A stretch of 42,892 nucleotides of DNA from positions 1 through 42,892 of the forward strand of contig NKIB01014504.1 of the NCBI GenBank assembly GCA_002256025.1, given 5' to 3'. The DNA is from Asterionella formosa (lineage: Eukaryota). The position numbers and the translations under genes were made by a program. Below, piece by piece: positions 1-11,729 of this stretch (positions are counted from its first letter, which is position 1; every line of letters begins with the position of its first letter). The notes below the pieces were generated by a model, which did not search any database, was not told the origin of the DNA, and saw nothing but the letters and a program-made list of their open reading frames with translations.

Positions 1-1104
1 ATTTAGAGTCAGGAAGTAATCGATCTGTCAGTTCTGGGAATGAATAACATGAAGGAGCAAAATTACTGCAACTTGCAGTTACCCGAAGGATAAATGGAAG
101 ATAGGTACTATCATCAGTACATATGTAGGTTAAAACTAGATCTAGCTACTGCCTGATGGTGCTACGATGTACATACAAGGCATCCCGGTATAATCACGAT
201 GATGTTCGCAAATTCGACTTACTGGAGCATAAGGAACGGGTGGTCAGGGATGTAGTATCCCTATCCTTGAAGACCTTCAAGCAAGAACGTTCTACGTGAT
301 ATTTCGACTAGTACCAAAACCAATGGACCGACCTTCTGACACGGGAAGGGAACGAAAACAGCCAATCGTCACATGCATGATGTTATTACCATGAGGATGC
401 ATCATGATCAACAATGATGCCGCCAACAATAAAATATTGTCATTTCTTCTACCGCCACTACCGGTATTTCTTTTCCTCAAATCGTCCTTGTCGCTGTGTT
501 ATTTGACTTGGTTGTTGGTTCAGCTGTTGATACATTGTTGCTGTTACAATATATACTCTAGTTGAAGACTACTTTGCTTTTAGAGGAAGTGAGAGAGCTT
601 GTTTTTCTTTTTGTAAGTAGAACAAATGTTGAGATGGAATCTCAACAATTCAGGAGCATTCCCCGTCTGGGCGACTATCACTTGCGGGATTCTACATGGG
701 TCTGTTGAGTGATCAGTGCACTTCCGGAAGATAAGGATAGGCGAAGGGATTGTTCACGGAAGGAACCAGTGTGCCAATATTATGATGGAAGCAGCATACC
801 AAAAAGTCTTGATTCAGAAATGAAGCGTGCTTGCGACTTTTTGATGCGCTCATTAAACAAGGCATTGGAATGTAGACACCATAAAGAGGGATTTTCAAAA
901 ACAGATACCGTTGCTTCGTTATCATCAGATTGGGTGTCAAACATTTAGTTCTTGGTGTCAGAACTTCTAGTGGTGGCATCTGGATGATATTGATGAAACC
1001 AAAAACTAGTCCTAGAACTCTTACTTAATTGTTTCAAAACACCATTGTCCCTAACATGTGTATCTTTATCATTTCAAGAATCAGAAAAAAGAAAGAACAA
1101 AGTC

Positions 1105-4100
1105 ATGGCACCTAAACAGATTTTTCCTCGAAAGCAGTTTGCTTATGATGAAATTCCATCGACCCCTGCGACGGAGCCACCACTCCCCTTTTCGAATGCT
1201 GCCAAGAATCATATTCCCAACCCGTACATGAATACAAATATTACCCACGAGCAGATTGCTGCCATTCGGGCAAAGGCAACCATTCAGGGCCAAACTATGG
1301 ACTATCCACAACCTGCAGAACTGTACCCCTCCGAGTTTCCTTATTTTGTTCGCGGCCGTGATTCACTCCGGCAGTACATCACGTCATTATTTACTTCTCA
1401 GATTGCCATGTATGATGGAGCTATGGGTACCATGATCCAGAATTATGCCAAGAGAAACACGCTAGGTGAAGAAGAGTTCCGCGGCGAGCGCTTCAAGGAC
1501 TGGACCTGTCCCGTAAAGGGAAACAATGATATGTTGTCAATTAGTCAGCCTCACATCATCCAAGGAATTTACCGTCAGTACTTGGAGGCTGGTTCGCACA
1601 TGATTGGCACCAACACGTTCTCGTCAACTACGATCGCTATGGCAGATTACGAGATGGAGGCATATGCTTACGAGCTCAATTATGCTGCTGCTAAATTGGC
1701 AAGGTAAGGGCTGTTACCCTGTCTCGCCGCGCTCCTCCCCCGTACAATGCAATGCAATACAATTCAATTGATTGATTGTGAACATGCTGCTGTTTGAGTT
1801 GTTAGTTGTTTTTGTCAATGTATGATTGATTGTGAACATGCTGTTGTTTGAGTTGTTAGTTGCTTTTGTCAATGTATGATTCCATTTGTAGTGTCTGACA
1901 AGATATTTTTCTCACCTTCTCCTTGATTGAAATGTCCCTTGTTGCAATTTTTTTTCAAATAATCCGTACTTCAACATTCATCATTACAGAGAGGTTTGTG
2001 ACGAGATAACCGCACTTGACCCCACAAAGCCCCGATTCGTTGTTGGCGCTCTCGGACCAACCAACCGTACCGGAAGTATCAGTCCAAGTGTAGAGGACCC
2101 TTCAGCTCGCAACGTGACATTTGACGAGCTTGTTGCCACCTACCTGGAACAGGTTGTTGGTCTCGTGGACGGAGGATGTGACATTTTGATGGTGGAAACA
2201 ATTTTCGATACTTTGAATGCGAAGGCAGCCTTATTTGCTATCGGGGAGTATCTTGAGTTTAGCGGTCTGGACATTCCAGTGTTTATCTCCGGCACCCTTG
2301 TAGACCAATCTGGTCGTACCTTGTCAGGTCAGACCGGCGAGGCATTCTATGCGTCAGTGAGACACGCCAAACCCATGTGTGTTGGTGAGTGCCATGGTCC
2401 CTTGTTTCGTGCCTTTCATTTTGTGTGTGTGCGTTTGTATGTTTATATTGTTTGAAAGATTGATGCTTTCTAACGTTGTGTATTGCATTTGTTTACCTTG
2501 TTTACTTTCATTCTAGGATTGAATTGTGCTCTTGGAGCCCAACACATGATTCCCTTCGTGGAGCGTCTTTCCAAGGTAGTAGAATGCTTCATGCACGTCT
2601 ACTCGAATGCTGGTCTCCCCAACGCCATGGGTGGCTATGACGAGAGTCCTAGTGATATGGCTGAAAACTACAAATCCTTCTTCGACAATGGTTGGGTGAA
2701 TCTAGTTGGTGGTTGTTGTGGGTCCACCCCACCGCATATCAAAGCTATTTCCGAAGAGGCTGCAAAGTACAAGCCTCGCAAGCTTCCTGATGTCGGCAGG
2801 CCCAAGATGTGGCTTTCTGGACTGGAGGATTTGATTGTCGACGATGTTGTCAATCATTTGGGTATGCCATTCTTGAATGTAGGCGAGCGTTGCAACATCA
2901 GCGGTTCCATCAAGTTCAAGAAGCTGATGATGGCTGGTGACTATGGTGCAGCCATGGATATTGCCAAGAAGCAGGTCGAGGATGGAGCACATGTGATTGA
3001 TATCAACGTGGACGATGGTATGCTTGACGGCCTCGCTGCAATGCAGAAGTTTGTGAAAATTGCTGTTACGGAGCCTGAGATCGCCAAGGTCCCGTTCATG
3101 TTGGACGCTAGCAAATTCGAGATAGTGTTGGCTGGTCTGAAGTGGTGCCAGGGTAAACCAATCGTGAACTCAATTTCATTGAAGGTCGGCGAGGAGCTTT
3201 TCAAACAGCATGCAACGTTGTTGAAGAAGCACGGTGCAGCAGTGGTTGTGATGGCTTTCGACGAAGAGGGCCAAGCTGCAACAGAATCAGAAAAGGTCCG
3301 TATCTGCAAACGCAGTTATGACATCCTCGTCAATGAGGTTGGTTTCCCACCTGAGGACATTGTGTTCGATCCTAACGTGTTGACGATTGGTACTGGTATG
3401 GAGGAACATGCAAACTATGCAGTTGACTTTATCAATGCCACGAAGACGATCAAGGAGCAGTGTCCGTATGTTAAGATTTCAGGAGGTATTTCGAACTTGT
3501 CGTTTGGGTTCCGCGGAGTGACGAAGGTACGCGAGAGTATTCACTCCGTGTTCCTTCAACACGCGATTCTCGAGTCTGGTATGGATGTCGGTATTGTGAA
3601 CCCCCATGAAATGATAGCGTTTGATGACATGGAAGAAGATATGAAGGTTCTGTGTGAGAATCTTGTATTCAATAAGAATGAAGATGCCACTGAGGACATG
3701 TTGAATCGAACCAACTATGAACGTGCTTGTGTAGAGGCCAAAAAGAAGGGACAAGAGCCACCAAGAAAGCCACGGGGCAAGCCGATCGTTCGACCTCGTC
3801 TTAAATTCGATTATGATTACGTTGAACCAACGGCTGCCACGGAGCCACCACTCCCCTTTTCGAATGCTGCCAAGAATCATATTCCCAACCCGTACATGAA
3901 TACAAATATTACCCACGAGCAGATTGCTGCCATTCGGGCAAAGGCAACCATTCAGGGCCAAACTATGGACTATCCACAACCTGCAGAACTGTACCCCTCC
4001 GAGTTTCCTTATTTTGTTCGCGGCCGTGATTCACTCCGGCAGTACATCACGTCATTATTTACTTCTCAGATTGCCATGTATGATGGAGCTATGGGTACCA

Positions 4101-7100
4101 TGATCCAGAATTATGCCAAGAGAAACACGCTAGGTGAAGAAGAGTTCCGCGGCGAGCGCTTCAAGGACTGGACCTGTCCCGTAAAGGGAAACAATGATAT
4201 GTTGTCAATTAGTCAGCCTCACATCATCCAAGGAATTTACCGTCAGTACTTGGAGGCTGGTTCGCACATGATTGGCACCAACACGTTCTCGTCAACTACG
4301 ATCGCTATGGCAGATTACGAGATGGAGGCATATGCTTACGAGCTCAATTATGCTGCTGCTAAATTGGCAAGGTAAGGGCTGTTACCCTGTCTCGCCGCGC
4401 TCCTCCCCCGTACAATGCAATGCAATACAATTCAATTGATTGATTGTGAACATGCTGTTGTTTGAGTTGTTAGTTGTTTTTGTCAATGTATGATTGATTG
4501 TGAACATGCTGTTGTTTGAGTTGTTAGTTGCTTTTGTCAATGTATGATTCCATTTGTAGTGCCTGACAAGATATTTTTCTCACCTTCTCCTTGATTGAAA
4601 TGTCCCTTGTTGCAATTTTTTTTCAAATAATCCGTACTTCAACATTCATCATTACAGAGAGGTTTGTGACGAGATAACCGCACTTGACCCCACAAAGCCC
4701 CGATTCGTTGTTGGCGCTCTCGGACCAACCAACCGTACCGGAAGTATCAGTCCAAGTGTAGAGGACCCTTCAGCTCGCAACGTGACATTTGACGAGCTTG
4801 TTGCCACCTACCTGGAACAGGTTGTTGGTCTCGTGGACGGAGGATGTGACATTTTGATGGTGGAAACAATTTTCGATACTTTGAATGCGAAGGCAGCCTT
4901 ATTTGCTATCGGGGAGTATCTTGAGTTTAGCGGTCTGGACATTCCAGTGTTTATCTCCGGCACCCTTGTAGACCAATCTGGTCGTACCTTGTCAGGTCAG
5001 ACCGGCGAGGCATTCTATGCGTCAGTGAGACACGCCAAACCCATGTGTGTTGGTGAGTGCCATGGTCCCTTGTTTCGTGCCTTTCATTTTGTGTGTGTGC
5101 GTTTGTATGTTTATATTGTTTGAAAGATTGATGCTTTCTAACGTTGTGTATTGCATTTGTTTACCTTGTTTACTTTCATTCTAGGATTGAATTGTGCTCT
5201 TGGAGCCCAACACATGATTCCCTTCGTGGAGCGTCTTTCCAAGGTAGTAGAATGCTTCATGCACGTCTACTCGAATGCTGGTCTCCCCAACGCCATGGGT
5301 GGCTATGACGAGAGTCCTAGTGATATGGCTGAAAACTACAAATCCTTCTTCGACAATGGTTGGGTGAATCTAGTTGGTGGTTGTTGTGGGTCCACCCCAC
5401 CGCATATCAAAGCTATTTCCGAAGAGGCTGCAAAGTACAAGCCTCGCAAGCTTCCTGATGTCGGCAGGCCCAAGATGTGGCTTTCTGGACTGGAGGATTT
5501 GATTGTCGACGATGTTGTCAATCATTTGGGTATGCCATTCTTGAATGTAGGCGAGCGTTGCAACATCAGCGGTTCCATCAAGTTCAAGAAGCTGATGATG
5601 GCTGGTGACTATGGTGCAGCCATGGATATTGCCAAGAAGCAGGTCGAGGATGGAGCACATGTGATCGATATCAACGTGGACGATGGTATGCTTGACGGCC
5701 TCGCTGCAATGCAGAAGTTTGTGAAAATTGCTGTTACGGAGCCTGAGATCGCCAAGGTCCCGTTCATGTTGGACGCTAGCAAATTCGAGATAGTGTTGGC
5801 TGGTCTGAAGTGGTGCCAGGGTAAACCAATCGTGAACTCAATTTCATTGAAGGTCGGCGAGGAGCTTTTCAAACAGCATGCAACGTTGTTGAAGAAGCAC
5901 GGTGCAGCAGTGGTTGTGATGGCTTTCGACGAAGAGGGCCAAGCTGCAACAGAATCAGAAAAGGTCCGTATCTGCAAACGCAGTTATGACATCCTCGTCA
6001 ATGAGGTTGGTTTCCCACCTGAGGACATTGTGTTCGATCCTAACGTGTTGACGATTGGTACTGGTATGGAGGAACATGCAAACTATGCAGTTGACTTTAT
6101 CAATGCCACGAAGACGATCAAGGAGCAGTGTCCGTATGTTAAGATTTCAGGAGGTATTTCGAACTTGTCGTTTGGGTTCCGCGGAGTGACGAAGGTACGC
6201 GAGAGTATTCACTCCGTGTTCCTTCAACACGCGATTCTCGAGTCTGGTATGGATGTCGGTATTGTGAACCCCAGTGAAATGCTTGCCATTGAAGAAGTTG
6301 AACCTGCCATGCTCAAGGCTGCTGAAGATCTAGTATTCAATCGGACAGAAGAGGCAACAGAGATCATGCTTAATTTAACAACAAGGGAAAAGGAATTGAT
6401 CGAGCTTCGTAAAAAGGGTGGAGGTGGGGAGAAAATAAAGGAGGCATCTTGGCGTGATCTTGAATGCAGGAAACGTCTCGAACATGCTCTGATCAACGGA
6501 ATCTCTGAATATGTCGACGCAGATGTCGAGGAAGCCCGTCAATTTTGTGACAAGCCTCTCGATGTCATTGAGGGACCCCTTATGGACGGGATGAATACTG
6601 TAGGGGATCTCTTTGGCTCTGGTAAAATGTTTTTGCCACAAGTCATCAAGTCGGCACGAGTGATGAAGAAGGCTGTTGCATATCTTTTGCCATTTATGGA
6701 CGAAGAAAAGCGTCAAAATATGATCGCCGAGGGTCTTGACCCTGCTACATTCGACGAAAACGATGATTCCAATTATGCCGGAAAGGTTCTAATGGCGACG
6801 GTGAAGGGCGATGTCCACGATATCGGGAAAAACATTGTTGCTGTTGTACTTGGATGCAATAACTACAAGGTGTATGATATCGGTGTCATGTGCTCTTGTG
6901 AAAAGATCCTTGAGGCCGCGAAGCAATATAATGTGGACGTCATTGGCTTATCCGGATTGATCACTCCTTCCCTTGATGAGATGGTTGATGTCGCCAAACA
7001 AATGTCCAAATCTGGCTTCACTGTTCCACTATTGATTGGAGGTGCAACCACCTCCAAGATGCACACCGCTGTTAAGATTGCGCCTAACTACTTTAGCCTG

Positions 7101-8258
7101 GATCATCCTGTCATCCACGTCCTTGATGCTTCTAGATCCGTTACTGTTGTTTCTTCTCTTCTCGGCGAGAACAAGACTGAGTTCACAAGTGATATCCTGG
7201 AAGAGTACAACGAGATGCGCGAAGACTACTATGCTGGTCTGGAGGATCGCTACTTTCTCACGTTCGCTCAAGCCAAGGCTGCCAAGCTTAACATTGACTT
7301 CGACGCAGTTCCCCCGGCACCGGCGCCAAAATGCTTGGGCGTTACTACGATTGATTCTGTAAAGATTGCTGACATTGTTTCGTACATTGATTGGAATCCT
7401 TTTTTTCAAACTTGGGAGCTCCGTGGTCGCTATCCCAACCGTGGCTACCCCAAGATTTTTGACGATGCAGCCGTTGGTGTGGAAGCCAAGAAGCTCTTCG
7501 ATGATGCTCAGTCCATGATGCACCAGATCATTGCCGATGGAAGCATGACACTCAAGGGTGTGTGTGGCATCTTCCCCGCAAATAGAAGTGCCGACGGAGA
7601 AGACGTTGATATTTTCGAAACTGAAGAAGCGAGAGAGGCTGGTACCCCTCTTTCCACATATTGCATGCTAAGACAACAAGCAGAGAAGGAGAGCGAAGAC
7701 CCATTTTTGAGTCAGGCCGACTTTATTGCCCCAGCTGGCTACAAGGACCACTTGGGTATGTTTGCAGTTTCATGTTTTGGATGTGATGGTTTGGTTGCCA
7801 AGTACGAAAGCGAAAATGACGATTACTCCAAGATTATGGCTCAGGCTTTGGCCGATCGCTTTGTTGAGGCATTTGCTGAATACTTACACAGACAGATTCG
7901 TACCGACATGTGGGGATATGCCCCCGATGAGAATTTGAACGAAGCTGATTTGCTTAAGATCAAGTATGATGGTATCCGCCCTGCTCCTGGCTACCCTTCA
8001 CAGCCAGACCATACCGAAAAGACCACAATGTGGGAGCTAACCCGTGCCAAGGAATTGGCAGGCATGGAATTGAGTGAATCTCTTAGCATGCTTCCCGCAT
8101 CGTCAGTGTCTGCCCTTGTCTTTGCTCACCCCCAATCTCAATACTTTGCTGTCGGTCAGATTGGCAAGGACCAAGTGGAAAGTTATGCCGAGCGCAAGAA
8201 GATGGAAGTAAGTGTTGTTGAACGTTGGTTGTCGCCTATTCTAAACTACGAACGTTAG
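1105..8258 (+). CDS. METH: Cobalamin-dependent methionine synthase with tandemly duplicated Hcy-binding + folate(pterin)-binding modules (5 exons, ~2105 aa)
   Basis: Exons 1105-1703, 1990-2384, 2517-4371, 4658-5052, 5185-8258 are joined by GT-AG introns (1704-1989, 2385-2516, 4372-4657, 5053-5184). Total 6318 nt, open throughout. Splicing restores [18 protein letters not shown] and CV|GLNC. Motifs present twice: [31 protein letters not shown] and GGCCG (Zn ligands), [21 protein letters not shown]. Motifs present once: cap domain ([23 protein letters not shown]), B12 motif [17 protein letters not shown], AdoMet domain RPAPGYP. Confidence 0.95.
1171..3604 (+). repeat. Copy 1 of 2434-bp intragenic direct repeat in METH
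   Basis: Matches 3839-6272 at a constant offset of 2668 bp, including both introns. Differences seen by eye: 1790 C/4458 T, 1894 T/4562 C (both intronic) and 2998 T/5666 C (synonymous Ile). Confidence 0.97.
1771..1881 (+). repeat. 54-bp tandem duplication inside METH intron 1 (repeated in intron 3, ~4439-4549)
   Basis: ATTGATTGTGAACATGCTGYTGTTTGAGTTGTTAGTTGYTTTTGTCAATGTATG starts at 1771 and again at 1825. Confidence 0.9.
3839..6272 (+). repeat. Copy 2 of 2434-bp intragenic direct repeat in METH
   Basis: Begins ACGGAGCCACC and ends GTGAACCCC, as does 1171-3604. Confidence 0.97.
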
Positions 8259-8511
8259 GTAACTATGATTTTGGAGCTAAATATTACTCGGAGTATTACA
8301 TGTACTTTTTCTATTTAGTTGGTTCATTCGAAATGGACTACATCTTGTTTCCTTCGATATAGTCTATGTACAACTAATTAGGTACTTCTCATGAGCAAGT
8401 CTAATGTATTGCTTTTATCACATCACGGTAGTAGTTTCGTAGTGTAGGATTTCCTGCAATGATGTAATTATAAATTACCCAAAAGGGATGTGTTTATATG
8501 AAATGACTCAA

Positions 8512-9111
8512 CTAGCTGGTCGTAGTACTAGGTACCACATACTTTCTAAATGGTAGCAACTCTCTTGCATACTCTTCCATGTGTTGTGCCATTTGTATAT
8601 CCTTGTTCGAAACTCCACCGCAATCATGTGTGGCAAGTGTTACTTCTACACGATTGTATACATTGGACCATTCGGGATGATGATTCATCTATTCCATAAA
8701 CAAACGATGTGTAAGTACTAATAGTACCAGGAACAGCAGCAACACCGATAGCAATTCTAGCCTGGTACAATACCTTTTCGGCTAACAAGGCAGTTCTAGA
8801 TAGAAAGGACCATGCCTGATTGAAATCCGTGAATTCAAAGACTTTGGTCATGGCATGACGTCCTGGTACCTGTTTGATTGTTCAAGTTGTAGTTGTTTAG
8901 TTAGTTAGTTATAGTGGGGACATGTTTCTATTCATATACTAGTAGTATTAGTGGAAGTTCAACAACTCACTTCGTGCCATGGCGCTGTCGTTTGTTCCGA
9001 CAGGCGTCGCAAAGCTTCTTTTGTTTCTTCCAGAGATAATGCAACAGTGGAAAAGAAACAATGTCGTCGAGTGTGATGATTGGATAGAAGGAGGAATGAT
9101 CTACTCATCAT
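8512..9111 (-). CDS. PCBD: Pterin-4-alpha-carbinolamine dehydratase (PCD/PhhB family), probable organellar transit peptide
   Basis: Three exons (9111-8971, 8869-8774, 8688-8512) with GT-AG introns give ...[71 protein letters not shown].... HHPEW.NVYN.V and THDCGG.S.KD are the PCD signatures. The N-terminus is Arg/Ser-rich. Confidence 0.93.
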
Positions 9112-9517
9112 GATGAAAGGATGAACTGATCCGAGAATGAAAAATGATGCAATTTGCTTTTGGTTGTTGCTTGCTTGAGTTCCTGGTACGAGATATGTAG
9201 TACCTGATAAATCCCTGGTGCAGTATGTATCTTTATGTATGTAGGACGAATCGAGGAGGTGTACCGTAATTATTATGTCAAATATCATCACGCGCGCATT
9301 GTCGTGTCACTTACATTCATATTATACATAGCGGAATATGTGACAAGAAATAATAGCTGATGCTCGTTTACCGGTACAGGTATTTCCTGCTGGTATTCTT
9401 TTAAGCAAGCATGTACCGTTCGGTAGAAGGACTCCGTGGAAAGGTGTCAGGTTGCTTCATATCACATTCCGATTTAGAAAGATTCTATTCCAAAAGCTTC
9501 TGTCCTCACTGATCCTG

Positions 9518-10978
9518 ATGATGGCGACGATGAGTATTCATAATGCTGATGATACTTTGCTCGGTCCTCTCAATGATAGCTTCAAGTTCTTCATCGCCAA
9601 TTTAGCGTCGCATATGACAGCGCCAGATATCAAAGCGTTCTTTAGCGTAAGCGCTGCAAATGTTTTTGTCATTGTCGATTCATGCTGATTATTTTGTTTC
9701 TCATTCCTAGTATTCCAATTCCTAAACATTATTCCTATTCTACCATTCCTATACATACTATTATTCCATTTTTATTATAATCAGTCCTTCGGAGTGGTCA
9801 ACTTTGTCAAGCTCATCTATGAAACGAACAACAAGGGCGGAGAGAAAAAATCCAAGGGGTATGGGTTCGTGTACATGTATGATGCTGCAGGGGACGCAGC
9901 TGTTCAGAACTATTTGGACTACCATCAGAATCGAATAGAACTGTTGGGCCAATCTCGAGTTTTTATGAATCGACATGATTCAGCACGAGAAATGCCTTTG
10001 AGGCACAAGCGTTCCCGGGATGTGGCAGTTGCCAGCGTCCCAGCGGGACCTAATCACTTTGGGCAGCAACTGTATAGTAGTAGCCAAGGATCCTATCCAC
10101 AGCCAATGCCTCCTCTAGAATATGCTACTCCATATTCTCAAATCAGTCCAGGGTATTATCCCTCCTATCCACAGCAGCAACCGAATGGTACACCACAGCA
10201 AGGGTATCCTCAAAGCAACCATCAGCAAGGGTATTCTCAAAGCAGCCATCAGCAAGGGTATCCTCAAAGCAGCCATCAGCAGCCCTATTTTGATCAACCA
10301 CCAACACAATATGGAGGAGGTTACAATAACCACAACAACAATGGCTTTCCCGAAACTTACCAACCGACCAACCAATACTCGTGGGCGATGAACCATATTG
10401 GCCATTTCCAAGGCGGAGGGAATGATCCTTCCTATTCGCTACCCCACCACCATCACCACCCCTCAAATGATCCATACATTCGGGAGCCACCAAATAATAT
10501 GAACCATTACCCACACACAAATCAGGTTCATCAAGATCACAACTACAATAGAATATCACAACCATCATCATACAGTAATAAGCAGCCAGTTCAGAATAAA
10601 GACAATGAGAACTACGAGACGCAAAGACCAGCAAGACCATACAATGATGCCACTACAAAGGTATTTCTTGAAAATCTTCCCGAGGACGTTACTCCCAAGA
10701 CTGTAACAGAATGTCTGAAAGCACACCATTTGATTGCCAAGAGATGTACAATGGAGTACAATGCGCAAGACAACACTTCCTCTGCTCGGGTGGAATTGAA
10801 TAGCCCTCAAGATGCCAGCAAATGTTGTATGCTGGCTAAAAATAAGGAACTGAACTGTGGGGGACGAACATTGAAGGCATCGCTAGACCGACCACCAAGA
10901 CCCAACCACAACAAAAGTCGGGGTGGTGGCAGAAATCATGGGCCTCGGCGGGAAGGTCGTCGGGATCGGCCCTATTGA
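9518..10978 (+). CDS. Two-RRM RNA-binding protein with Q/N/Y/P/H-rich low-complexity linker and Arg/Gly-rich tail
   Basis: Exon 1 9518-9646, intron 9647-9784 (GTAAGC..TCAG), exon 2 9785-10978. Splicing joins RNP2-like KFFIANL to RNP1 KGYGFVYM. A second, degenerate RRM begins KVFLENLPEDVT. The choice of start ATG is uncertain. Confidence 0.88.
10196..10282 (+). repeat. 27-bp coding tandem repeat (QQGYPQSSH-like x3)
   Basis: CAGCAAGGGTATYCTCAAAGCARCCAT occurs three times in tandem. Confidence 0.88.
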
Positions 10979-11729
10979 ACGACCTGTTTTTATTGTTGCC
11001 TTTCACATTGTTTGATTTTTGATGATTCCAATTGTTTCATATGATGAAAGCAAAATGGGCGTGGCTTATTATATCACCATGTTGTGTTTATTGCTGGGAG
11101 AAACGAGTTATTATTTCTTCTACTGTGGAGTTTTTCACCAAAATTGATGTATTCCTTTCATATCCCTTTCTCTCTTTTTCATTATGACCCATGGAGATGC
11201 TGCTTTTTCAAGGGTATGGCTTTACGTTCAATTGTTACCACCTTCTTTCTATCCCACATCTTTTACTTCTTGCCCCAATTTTGTTTCACTCTTTGTCCTT
11301 TTATTCTTGTTGATTTGATTGTTTATTTTTCAACATTTTCATCCACATTTATGCTGCTTCCCATGGAAAGCTAGCGGAGCATCTTTCACTTTACTCTTCA
11401 TCCCTTTTTCTTTTGATCGCTCATTTCTCAACACTTCCTCTACATCAGTGGTGAATTCCCTAGGAAAGCTTGCGGACCATTGTTCTTATTTATGCAAATT
11501 CGTTTCTTTGTTCTCGCATGCTATGGGCCAATATTTATTCTATGTTTCCATTTGCCTTGTTGGAATGAATTCGTGCACAATATAGCATGTATTTTGTTTG
11601 TTAAATGTGGATTTTCGTCCTTTTATAAAGGTGCAAGTAAGCTTGATCGCTATTCCTATATACTGTATCGACTATTGTAAGAAAAGTAAAATAAAGTTCA
11701 CCATCAAAGGGAACAAAAATCCAAGAATC

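Noticed and set aside
1..1040. Short ORFs upstream of METH (292-480, 709-948, 713-979) and a possible cobalamin riboswitch
   Set aside because: No recognisable protein motifs or consistent splice model. I could not identify a B12-box, and the context is eukaryotic.
1045..5151. Treating the ORF-track pieces (1045, 2114, 2483, 4782, 5151) as separate genes or a bacterial split metH operon
   Set aside because: The gaps are GT-AG introns whose removal restores conserved motifs in frame. The TTG/GTG starts are artefacts of prokaryote-style ORF calling.
1171..6272. METH duplication as a pure assembly stutter
   Set aside because: The unique, in-frame, homologous-but-diverged 234-bp junction and copy-specific SNPs argue against it. 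Exact copy number and identity still need long-read confirmation.
2668..7938. Numerous antisense and alternate-frame ORFs over METH (and similarly over the aminotransferase, LRR, mucin-like and pol sequences)
   Set aside because: Shadow ORFs expected from codon bias and repeats of the real coding strand, with no independent motifs.
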